DNA from: Thelocarpon superellum
Taxonomy: Eukaryota
Direction: 5' to 3'
Assembly (NCBI GenBank): GCA_026025795.1
Contig: JAPEUG010000024.1
Span: forward strand, 1 to 64,000
DNA length: 64,000 nucleotides
Of the stretch, positions 10,901 through 22,083 are shown piece after piece. The notes beneath the pieces are model-generated. The model saw only the letters and a list, made by a program, of their open reading frames with translations, was not told where the DNA came from and did not search any database. The position numbers were made by a program, and so were the translations under genes. Positions within the stretch are counted from its first letter, which is position 1. Every line of letters begins with the position of its first letter.

Positions 10901-13507
10901 TGGCCGTGACGAGCGACCAGTATCGCTGTCTCCCCCGGCAGAACCGGCATTCAGCCAGCGGCGGGATTGCAACGAGGTCGCCCTGGCCCGACGCGTCGAT
11001 ACATATCCACCAATCCTCTTTCGCAGACGGCAGGACGTAGGAATGAACGGACCCGATATGCTCTTCGAGCGCTGGTCGATCGGCGAATCCATGGGCGTAC
11101 AACTCCTCCGTACACCATGGACACAAAAGGGTCGTGATCTCATTGTGGGCGGGAGACAAGTCCCTGGATGGAGACGCTGCAGCAGGTTCGGGCGATGTAG
11201 GACGCACGGCAAGCGTCGCGGTTGGATTCGCGCTCGTCGAGTTTGACGGCGATCCTCCTATGCGTGGCGAACGTCCCCGATGTGTTTCCATCACAGCAAG
11301 GTTTTCGGCCGTGAGGAGGTGGGGAGAGGTTCGGCGTTCTTCCGACGCCAGCGGTGAAGTCAACTTCTCCGGTGTTGGGGAGGGCGAAAGCCGGGATGGA
11401 GAGCGTGGAGCAGGAGAGAGTTGGGGAGAGTGTCTCGGAGAATGTCGGGACGGCGAAGCTTCCGGTGGAGAGCGTTGTCGCTCAGGCAGATCGGGTGATG
11501 GTCCTGCGTCTGGAACCTCTTCGATTGCCGGTAAGGCGGCGAGGCTCCCGCTCTCCTCGAGCAGCTCACGCTGTTGGTCGAGGTACTCCTGCACCGCGGC
11601 ACTCTTGGTGCCGAGGGACAGGATGCTCGACGTGTCCCGAAAGGTGTCGTCGTTCTCCGCATCGTAGACATCGACCGCATCGCGGGGCTATCCCTGGCTC
11701 AGCTCATCGTCTCCGCCGACGTTCCCACCAGGCATGATGTACGTACGAAGAGGCCGGTGCGCCGGCTGATTCGCCCACGCCAGAAATGGCCAGGGAGCAA
11801 GACGAGATCCTCGATGACCTCTCCCTTGGCGAAGCTCAAGAGCTTGGTGCTCTCAGCCGCATGTGCCTCCATGGTTACGGCGAATTGTGTCTGGGCTCGG
11901 CGAACACTTCGACGTTTCACTAAGCGCGAGGATGTCCGTGTCAAGGGGATGATCTCTAAGACTATCGTGACAGTGAACCTCACGCACTTGGAAGCGACCT
12001 CCGACGATCCGTCGTGGCTGAAGATGCCGCCACCTCGTCCGGGGTGGAGGCACATGATTCAATTATCTCCGACAGGGCCCCGACCGTCCTTTTGAATCCG
12101 AGACTGCTGACGTCGTCGAACTTCACCATCCCAATATGATCAGCGGGAATCGTGCGTTGACGCTCATTCGCCGATCCCAGCGTGGCAGAATCATCGTCCA
12201 CGATCTGACTCGTTAGCCTGCATGGCGTGGCAGATGGGGCTTGCACGTACCTTGCCTGTCTTTGAGAAGTTGTGGTCCTCGAGCAGGGTGAAAATCTTCA
12301 GCCGAGGGATGATGGGCGAGAAGTTGAACTGGAGGCGCTCGAGCGTCTCGGACCCCCGATTCAACGCATCCACGACCTTATCATTCTGGTCTTTCAGCAC
12401 CACCTTGGCCACGTTGGAAGCGATGGAGGCCCAGAGTGCCTTGTTGCTCCCGCGATGTGGCGTCCCGGCGAAGATGACGCCTACGGTGGCCACGCCAAGG
12501 GCGGCACCTCGAGGGTTGTGCTCCCGGAATCGCTCGTCGCTTGCCATGCAGAGCGCCTGCACGCCATAGAAGCATCGTTAGAAAGGGGTCTCCTCACTAT
12601 TTTGGTACGATGAGAGGAGATGGGGCCCTGGTAATGATATGGAGACGATGTGATGGTACTAGGGGCCTCCCAAGTATCCCGGGGACAACGTGGTGATATG
12701 AGGCCCCCCAGGTTAGATGTGGAGGAAATAAGGAAGCGAAGGGGCCTCCATCTGTAGGAGCGCAACATCGAGAACAGGGGCGCCTCCAACAAACAAAGTT
12801 GCGGCCATGTCAAAGATGGGAGAGCTCTGAGCGCATCAGCGCGACGTCAAGGGAGCTCACATCTTTGACCACCAGACCACCTAGGCTGTGCGCCACAAAG
12901 ATGATCGGCCTCGTTTTCTGTGGAGAAGGTGCAGTCAGCCAGATGCTCCATAGTCGGCTGATGGGCCTCTCACCTCTTCCCGACCCAGTCGTTCATCCTG
13001 GAGGTCCTCCAGCAAGTTCTTCGCGTGCTGGAAGATGCTGCTCTGACTGGTATTGCCCCCGCCCGGGAAGAAGGTCATGACATCGGCATCGTATCCCCAC
13101 TGTATGGAAGATGAGCTGGCGATCCGCGCGGGAGGACTCCGCCAGGTCAACGTACCGCCATGATGCGCGTGTTGGGAAGCCTGCTGGGCAGCAAGTCACG
13201 CGGCCACACCACGCCGTCCTTGCTCCATGTCTTGAGCCGGTCGCCGCGCAATCCATGGATGAAGACGAGACTGCACTGGTGGATCAGGATAGAGTACTCC
13301 CATGCGCGAGCGTCACAGAGCACGGAGACGCGGCATGATAGAGGGTGTGGGCGATGCAATCGATACTCACTCGGCGTCAATGGGATCTTGTCCGTCCCAC
13401 AGAACCAGCTGTGCCGCGCGTGTTAGCCGTGCGCTCGCTCACATGCTGAGTGAGGCCGGCAATGTGCCGCATCTCCGTGACTGACTTACCATCCCGAGAT
13501 TTGCCAT
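7944..13507 (-). CDS. Multidomain protein: SesB-like alpha/beta-hydrolase, SH3, paired C2H2-like zinc fingers, Pro-rich repeats and a long ankyrin array; about 8 introns in the 5' part
   Basis: Manual splicing gives MANLGM|LVLWDGQDPIDAD|LVFIHGLRG..WPRDLLP..|WGYDAD..|RPIIFVAHSLGGLVVKD|ALC..IFAGTPHRGS..|IVDDDSA..ADHIGMVKF..|SH3 (LSFAKGEVI..FWRG..GLF|PRDAV). This joins in frame to the 7944-11594 ORF, which has many TPLH-type ankyrin repeats. Confidence 0.85.
12584..12787. repeat. Degenerate interspaced repeat array: six copies of an AGGGGCCTCC-like motif at ~39-nt period inside a 304-nt intron
   Basis: Copies at 12584 aggggtctcc, 12621 tggggccctg, 12661 aggggcctcc, 12699 tgaggccccc, 12740 aggggcctcc, 12776 aggggcgcctcc; gaps of 26-31 nt. 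Confidence 0.7.
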
Positions 13508-13958
13508 CAGCGCGGCGGCGTGTCGAGGAGCGACGGCGACCTGAGCGAGAGAGGCCGAGCTCCCTGTGGGCGTGTCCACCGGATGGGACCTGGGCGCTCT
13601 GGTCCAGTGGGGTCGGTCGGCCCATCCCGCCAGCTCCAGCACCCACACGGGCTCAGCCTCGCCGTGGTGGAGGACGGTTTAGCAGAGTTGAGCCAATGAT
13701 CATGCAGCTACTGCAGGTCGACAGGGAAGCGTCTAGGCTGCCGTGCCATTGGCCACGCGACGTCGCCCCAGCCCGGCATCCCAACCATATGCCGGAGGTA
13801 AACCACCCATCGCCATCAGCTCCATCACAATTTGTCATCATGTCCGGGTAGTGTGGTCATCGGTCGTCATCAGACTGATGGGAGTAAAAGCCAGAACATA
13901 CGGTGCGGATGTCTACTCTATGTTGGGTATCATTCGGCCCTCCAACGCCGACATGCTG

Positions 13959-16900
13959 TTATACGGACCCGCTCCAACATCTCTCCCAGGGGTCATAGCC
14001 CAACACCCGTCCTCTTTCGACCTTGGCCAGACATTCCAGCAGTCGCCAGTCGTAGAGGTTGACTTCCGTTCCTGCCAAGCCGATTTGACGCAGATGACTC
14101 CGCAACGCGATCGTCTGCGTCGGCCGATGGCTCTCTACCAGGACGATCCTGCGTGTTCGCGGGTTCAGCCACTGCGCTTGAAGCAAGTCTGCGTCGAGCG
14201 TGAAGGGCACGCCATGCGACGGGAGTAGATCCTCCGTGATGTACGGCGTCTGCGCAATGCACGGACTCAGATAGGCGATGGTGTTGGCCAGGCTACAGGC
14301 CTGTGCCGCATGGCACCGTTGACAGGCACTGAAGGTGACCGTCGTCACGGACCGGCCACAATCCGCCGGAGGGCTCTTCTCCGCCGCTGACTCCCCTGTG
14401 CCGTGGGCTTTCGGCCTCGGCCCCGGCCCAGACCGAGTGGCTTTGTCAACGATTGCGGGACCGTCCTCGGGAGGCGTCGGAAGGATGGAGACAAGACCTT
14501 GCTTCACGATCGCCCCAGACGCCGCAGGAGCCAGGGGAGCATGTGTTGCTGGCGCTATGGGGTGGACGCCGGGAGCTGGAGGTTGACGTCGCTGTGGTGG
14601 AAAGTCGGTCACGTCCCTCAGCGGATCCAGCGCCCGCTTCTTGGAGATAAGCTCGTCGACCACCAGCCGTCTTCGTTTCAAGGAGGCCACCGGGGCCGAC
14701 CCGATCACGGACGAGGGACCAGAGTGTGGATCTTCCCTGGCACCCGAACCTACGGGAGCCGATGGGTCGACATGCTCCTGGCCGGTGAGGGCGACGGAAC
14801 TTTGGCGGCTGGAGCGGCTGCTCGTGGCGCTCCTGTCCGAGCCCCGACGAGAGCGCCGGGTACGTTGGTAGCTCGAGTCACGCACGGCCGCCTCTGCGCC
14901 GGCCTTACCGAGATCTGCCAGCGCCAGTCGCTCGACCCACTCTTGGTGCTCCTGGGACTCGTTCGACTCCGGGGCCATCCTAGCCTGCTCTGCGAGGGCC
15001 TGAAGCTCGGCGAAATCGACGGTGTCGCGGAAGGATCGGTCCCAATGAATCTTCACGATCCGCGGAAAGCGTAAGGTATAGTAGGGTCGATTCGGCAGTT
15101 TATCGAATCCACTCCCCATGACGTCGAAGACAAAAGGTTCCCGGAACAAGACCGTCATCGGACATGGCAGGTCGGGCTCCACCACGAGGTCGCATGCGTC
15201 ATACACCTGGTTCGGGTCAAAGTCCACGGCCCGGAACGCACCCTGCTGGTTGAGGCGAGTGAGGTCCGACGTGCTGATGGCATGGTTGATGGTATCAATG
15301 ACCAGAAATCGCGGCTTAGCTCCGTGCCGGATAACGTCCGCCTTGTTCTGGAGACAGCCCAAGTGGAAGTGTGTCCACTTCAGGCCACGGATGTCCTGTG
15401 CGTGGGGGACATGGGCGTCGAAGCCTGCGCCGACCACGGCCATGTCGGCCGTATCTCCCAGGCCAGAGATATAGTCCTTCTTCAGCTTGATCCAGAAGCA
15501 TCGTCGGTCCTCCCGATCGGCGGTGAAGGTGAGGTAGGGCTGATCACAGGGTTTCAGGACATAACCTTCCCATCGCTGCGTGATGGCCTGGGCAAACGCG
15601 TTTGTGAGCGTGGACTTGGCGCTCCGCGAGGCACCATCGAGTCGCTCTCGTGAGGCTAACGATGCCCTTCCAGCAATGGGCTGGACGAGATCCTCGAGGC
15701 GTTGAACGCGCTCGCTGTACGGTTGTGCGAGCGTTGACACGTCGTCCAAGAGCAAGAGGTCGAAAAAGACGACCATGAGATGTTCATGGGCGTGAGGCCT
15801 GGCTTGAGTCAGCTGCGACGTGATGCCCAGTCCGGAGCCGGAGTCTTACAGCGAATCGTTCATTGTCCCCAGAAAACGCCCGGAACGGGACACGTGCTTT
15901 CTCAGCTTGCAGAAGGCCACCGTCTCATTGCATTGGTCGTCAAAAACCACCAATTCCCCTTCGAGGATGCACCGTTGCCGGAATCGGCGGTGGGGCCGAT
16001 CCAAGCGGAGGCACTCACGAATGCTCGCATGGACGTTTTTCCGATCGGTCGTGGAATCTTTACCACTCTTGGAGAAGATCTGGATCCACGACGGACGCGA
16101 CAGATCCACATGGACCTGGCAATATTCGCCGTCATACTTCCGCTCCATACTGAACTGCCTGCCGGCCACCATCTGCAAGCAATGCTTGACGGATCGCGCC
16201 TTGCAAAACATGGGCCGGCCCACTTTGACGCCAATCTGTGGGATCAGTGCTCGCGATGCATCCTGCCGACACTGATATCGTTCTTGCGCCGTGGCTGGTT
16301 GGGGCGGCATGCCGCCTAGGACGGGTCCGCGCAGCAGCGGGACGGCAACCTCGATGTGATCGTGTACTTTCAGCACGTCCGGCAGCAAGAAGTGATACAG
16401 GCGCAGCACGAGCGGCTCGGAAATGACGACGGGCTGATAGGCCTTGAGCAGCATCCGCGTAAGCCATTTGGCTTCGCGTGACTGGAGCCGGAGGAAGAGC
16501 GGCGACAAGATGCGTTCAACTGGGTCCGTTTGCACCCGGGCTCGCACCGCAACGCTGGAAAAGTGGCAGCGCGCGGCCAGGTCGGCCAGGGCTCGGTCGA
16601 TCTCTTCCACCGTGACCTCATGCCCGGACGCGGGGATGGCCATCTCCGCCTGCCGCTGGACCCGCTCGACGCACGCGCCCAGATCTCCATGGCCCGGAGT
16701 CTCCCAGGCGAGCAGACATCGTCGTCGGGCGACGGGCAAGCCCAAGACCCGGCCCACTACCTTGGCCAAGCTCTTCTCGCGGAGACCGTACACCCGGTCC
16801 GTGCGCCGTTCCGGCAGGAAGGCGGAGAGCACGGCGACGCCCGAGGTGTCGGCCGCGTCAATCCGTCGACGATGGCTGCGGAACCAGTGCTCGATGGCGC

Positions 16901-17006
16901 GCTCCGCGTGCGACTGGATCGTGGTCGGGAGCAAGGGTGGATCGCGGGTCCAGAGGTCCTCGAGGCGCTGGAGCAAATCGCACAAATGCACGAATTTGAA
17001 CGGCAT
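13959..17006 (-). CDS. ATP-dependent DNA ligase (Lig4-like fungal family without evident tandem BRCT); intron 15799-15849
   Basis: Motif I ERKYDGEY, III LEGELV, IIIa FFDLL, IV WEGYVLK, V WIKLKKDYI, VI LRFPRIVK; N-terminal DNA-binding domain (ERRTDRVYGL). Confidence 0.9.
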
Positions 17007-17300
17007 GAAAGCGGGGCCTTCATGGATCTCAGGCCTCAGCCAGGGAAAGCAGCGGAGGTCCGATCAATCATGACCGCGCGTAGAAAGCCAGTTGGGTCGA
17101 GCAAGGGACACTGAAAGACACAGGAGCACGTGGACCGAGGTGCGTGGTGAAAGACAGGGATGCATGACGGGCAAGAAAGGCATGCGTGGGTGTTGGGCTA
17201 GCATGACTGCCGAGGGGATTCCCATCCTCCTGCAGCCCCCCCACGCCTATGCCGACCCCGGCATCGCGTCAGATCGCGCCCCAACGCCAGCGAGCCGCGC

Positions 17301-17523
17301 GGTCACGTGCGTCTGTGCGTTCGGGTCCGAGTACTGACGCACCCCAAAATGTAGGCTGGAGTGGGTGGTCTATTCTGTGGAAGCTATCCTTCGTTCTGTA
17401 GGAGCGCGCACGTGATATGGTCACGTGCCCACTTCTATTACTATCCCGACTACGCGTAGATTAGCAATTCAGCTCTGATCCCTACAGTTCTATGTTAATG
17501 TGCGGCCAACGTGGGTCACGTGC
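17301..17523. promoter_or_regulatory. Cluster of (G)TCACGTG E-box / Cbf1-type bHLH sites upstream of the ligase
   Basis: GGTCACGTG at 17301, 17419 and 17514, plus CACGTGA at 17409. Confidence 0.45.
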
Positions 17524-17760
17524 AGCAGCTTAGTCAAGTGCCTAGACCTCCCGTATGGAGCCCCACAGTACTCATGATGCACTTGTCCTAATCAAACGCA
17601 GACGGCGCCCGCACAATGATTGGCATTTTAGGGTCTCGCTCGACACAATCCGCGTCAAAAGTCGCCGTGAACGGACCGCTCGTACTCGCCTCCTCGGACA
17701 GATTGGTTAGGGTTGGCTTCACCATGCAAGCGTTGCCATCAAGAAGCATCTCGACCCTAT
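17343..17760 (-). ncRNA. Tentative telomerase-RNA-like structured RNA (extent uncertain)
   Basis: Minus-strand AACCCUAACC (17705-17714) immediately preceded by a hairpin (17716-17747); long stem 17530-17591; Sm-like AUUUUGG next to a 5' splice site at 17342. Confidence 0.25.
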
Positions 17761-17859
17761 GCGCTGCAGACACAACTTACGATTCCATCAACGCCCGCCA
17801 AAGTTTATCTGACAAGCGCTCCGACTGGGGCCTTCGCCACAAACTATGAGACACCTCAG

Positions 17860-17979
17860 GGTTACATGGTCCACGGGTACATGGTCCATGGGTACATGGT
17901 CCACGGGTACATGGTCCACGGGTACATGGTCCACGGGTACATGGTCCACGGGTACATGGTCCACGGGTACATAGTCCAC
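17860..17979. repeat. 15-nt minisatellite (GGGTACATGGTCCAC) x8
   Basis: Eight near-identical units read directly. Confidence 0.95.
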
Positions 17980-18622
17980 GGTGGCATCCAGTCCACGATG
18001 GAGAATTTCATCCTCCTGCTCCTTATCTGCGGGATATGCGTCATGAGGGGAATCGAACCTGCAAAAGTGCCTCGAAGGCGGCCGTCTCATTCACATTCCT
18101 TTACGGATTTAGACGGAGAAGAGGCTGATGCGGCATCTCAGAGACTCCCTCCTACCATTGAAAGTCAGTATCGATATACAGACCAGATTGCGATTGCTGC
18201 ACGTCGGGGCCCCACTGTACCCCACCAGGACCATCACCATTGTACCATCATCCTAGTAATTTCATCCACATGACACGGACGGGGACGGACGGTCAGACAA
18301 TCTTCTGCTATCTGCGGTCTGCTGTCTGCTGTCTGCTGTACCGCTACCTACAGTCTACCATACGTCGTACCAGACAAGGTCGCATTAAATGGGTCGGAAG
18401 AGAGAAGGCGGAGTGCCAGACGATCTCGGTCGAAGGAGGAAAGGTAGAGGATATATGTCGAGAACAGAGGGAGAGATGGTGAGGGGCGAGGGACGAGGGA
18501 CAAGGACAAGGACATGGTGACGCGGCTCAGGAAGAAGGCCGACGGGGCAAACGGCGAAGGAGCATGCAAAGCAAGGAGACAAGGAGACCAAGAAGACGAC
18601 GCCACGCTCAGAGGTTGCCGGA

Positions 18623-21202
18623 ACTATTGCACCTGGCTGACGATCTCGCTGGCGCGCGATAAGGACTCGACCATCTGCTGGCATTCCTTTCGTCGTCGGA
18701 TCGTGTAGTCGCTCTCCTTTAGCAGCTCGTCAAATTCGTTGGTGCGATACATGTTCTCGAGCAGCTCGCGCTGCATCTCATCCTTGGTGTATCTGTCCAC
18801 GAATCAGACCATGACCTGATGCGCCAGCCGCGACCGGAGGCCCATCATCCACTTACTGCACGAGGTTGAGCATAATCGCCTTGGGGACCATGTCGATCAT
18901 CGTCCGTCGCACGATGCTGTAGTATGAGTTGATGAGTAGTTCTGCCACGCGTCAGCCCCTCGTTCCGTGGGGACCGGGTGCGCGCGGGGCGAGCCTACTG
19001 ATGACTTCCACCTCCACCCCCTCCCGCTCCGAGAGCGTGCCAGACGCCTTCAGCGAGGGCGGTGGCGCCTCCATCGCCGCCATCTTCTTCTTGTTTTTGG
19101 AGGCGAAGAAGCTCCCGAAGAAGCCGCCGTTACCATCCGACATCAGGTCCATCGTCGGACTGGCCCGACCCGTCGGGGCCGCCGAGGCGGGCAGGGGTTT
19201 GCCGGTCTTGGGGTCGACTTGCGTTGGCTTCGTTGCGCTGTGTCGATCGTTGACGATGGCCATGGCCTACACCGGTCGTTAGCCTCCCGTCCCTCGCCTA
19301 CCTCCATCGCACTCACCCGATGGCCGTTGAGAAAGTCGGGATGGCCCGTGTTCACGTAGCACGACTCCATGGCGACAAGGTCCCGGACCAGCTTGTTGGT
19401 CGGGTCCATGACCTTCTTGAAGAAGGCGATGACGACCTGGTGGAATTTCTCCTTGAGCAAGGGGTAGCGTCGGAAGAGCTGCTTGTTGAGTAGCTGGCTG
19501 AGGATGCGCACCAGCTCGTCATACACCAGCGACACGCACTTGAGACTCGGGTCCTCGAGCCGCTTGATCTGCTGCTTGACGATGAGCTCGAAGGCCGTGG
19601 TGCCGACGAAGAGCGCGGGCGAGGAGCCCGAGGAGTTGTACAGGATGGTGCGGATATCAATGTCCTTGACCTGGTCGAAGGGATCCACCGCCTTGACCCC
19701 GTTCGCGTACAATTCGTGGAAGACGAAGCTGATTCGCGCCCCGCCCGAGAGCTCTACGCTCGACAGCTCCTGGTTGTTGCCATCCAGCACCGTGCGCCAC
19801 TCGTTGCAGAACTCGGTGATGATGTTCAGGACGATGTTGGCGCTGTTGCCCAGCATGGAGTCGCTGCCTAGCTGGTTCAGCTCGGCCGTGTACTTTTGCA
19901 GCGAGGCAGAGATGCGGGCCTTGATGTCCGGAAGCGTCTGCTTGATGTGCATCATCAGGATCTGGAGGGGAAGAGCAGTCAGCGTCCGCATGATGGCATG
20001 GTCGGGGGCAGAGGAAGAGCCGGCGACCGTACCAGATTGAGTTTCCGGGCGAGGTAGGGGGTTCCGCAGTAGGAGCTCTTATTTCGATACGCCTTGTGGT
20101 TCTCGAAGAAATTCTTTTCGTTCTCCAGCGCCGACGAGATGGCGCGCTTATTGTCGATGTCGCGCTGGCCACGGTTGACCACGGGCACGTAGCCCAGGCG
20201 CAAGGGGATGATGCGCCCCGCCAAAATGTCGACCACGTCCGTGCCAGCATCCATCAGGTCAACCTTGGTGAGGACACCGATGGTGCGCTGACCCTCGGGG
20301 TCGACCTCACGCGCCAGCTTGAGCCCATCCGAGTTGGCCAGATCGGTGTTGGCCGGCGTGACGGCGAGGATGATGGCGTTGGGCTTGCTGATCTGCTTCA
20401 TCACCATCTCGCGGATCTGCTTCTCGATGTCGCGCGGCTGATCACCCACGGGAACCTTGGTCAAGCCGGGCAAGTCCACCAGGGTGAGGGTGAGCACATT
20501 GGGCGAGTAGATGCGCAGGTTGATGGGCGCCGGTGAGATACCGGCGTTGCGGCCCGTCTTGGACTCCGTCTCGCGCACAATCTCCTCGCGGATCTTGTTG
20601 AAGTCGAAGAACTTTTGCCCGGGGATGTGGAGGAATTCGCCCCACTCGTCCACATTCGACTCCTTGTCCGTCGTCTTGACCTCATCTGACACCCCGTTCG
20701 TCTGCGCTTTCTGCGGCGCGCGGTTGATCAACTGCAGGACCAGCGGCCGTCTCGTCACGATGCCCGTCCCGCGCGGTAAGCTACATCCCGGCTCCGTCAG
20801 CATGGCCCCGACGAGGCGCGCCCGTCTGCAGGAATGGAAGCACGTACAAGTCTCGACCGACGATATTCTCCAAGACCGAGCTCTTCCCGCTCGACTGCGA
20901 GCCAACGACGACGATCTGTGGTAGATCGATGGGATTTTGTACCTGGATGCCACCCAGCCCACGACTCACGATCAGTACCGACCTTGCACGCAAGCCTCCC
21001 GACCCGGCCGCGTGATCTGGGGAGGGAGGTGTTACTCACTCCGACGGTGGTAAAGACATCTTGCAGCTTGTTTACCAGCGTGATCAGACTGGGGTCGTTG
21101 ACGTTGATCCTGGGCGTGCGCAACATCGTTAGCTCCTTGACGTCTTGGGACAGACGGAGAGCGAAAGGGCTAAGCTCACGAGTAGCCTTGGGGGGTGGCC
21201 AT
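18623..21202 (-). CDS. VPS1: Dynamin-like GTPase Vps1 (multi-exon)
   Basis: [75 protein letters not shown] and GFFGSFF motifs; ends [10 protein letters not shown]. Confidence 0.96.
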
Positions 21203-22083
21203 CGCGGCGCCGGGCTGCTGCCAGATGGCCTCGGGGAGCGACGAGCACGCGTGAAGACTCCGACGACGTAGAGTGGAGAGAAGGGACAGTGGATCGGTAA
21301 GGCGCGCCGTGCGCGGATCTGGAGCAGGGGCGGGGAAGAAGGGTGGAAAACGGGGTGAAGCCCACGATTGACGATTGACCAGATTGTTGTTGCGTCGTCA
21401 GGTACATCCCGTTCCACGTAACTACCTCCCTATCGCTTGACCGATTACATAATCCTCGACGCTACATGTATCGCAGGAGGAACTCGGCGCGCTTCTCGCC
21501 CTCCAGCTAACCCTAGCAAAAGGCCGGAGAACTTTCCAGGCAGGAGAGCGAGAGCGCGGAGCTTCCCGCAAGACGACTCGTCTTGGGTGGCGCGTGCACA
21601 ACCGCCGATCAGGCGCCTGGCCAGGTCGTGCACGAGTCGACCTGGGCCTCCGTATCACGTCTGCCTACCTCCCGTCCACGAGTCCACCCTCGTCGAACCG
21701 AGGAGGATCATGCTGCCGCTGACGACTAGGAGTACCAGGATGGGCAGGATGGCGAGGATGACGCGTCCTGCGGACCAGTCCTCTCTACAGCCCCCAGGTA
21801 GTCATCACCGCGTGCCACAGCTCGGCCTGCCCTGGGGACCGCCGCGCATGGCTCATGCTCCTCGTCCACATGGGTGTGATACATGGTACATGCACCGGTA
21901 ACAAGTCTCTGTTCCCACCAACGACATGATCAAATGCCGTGCAGCTAGACTTAGAACTTCCCTAGTCCGAAAGTATGGCACGAGCTATCAACACATACGA
22001 CCTGACTGTATCGGTACTACCTGGCGATACCATCTACATATGTACAGGAGCCAGCCGTCCTGGCGCGCGTGCTGGTCCCGTCC

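Noticed and set aside
12584..12787. Canonical CRISPR call for the intronic array
   Set aside because: Repeats are only ~10 nt and degenerate, the context is eukaryotic and there are no cas genes. Kept as an unclassified array.
21507..21516. Second telomere-template-like word CTAACCCTA
   Set aside because: Shorter, with no boundary hairpin or other TER signals recognised.
21993..22002. ACATACGACC resembling a fungal 5S rRNA start
   Set aside because: Similarity stops after about 10 nt, and no internal 5S features are present.
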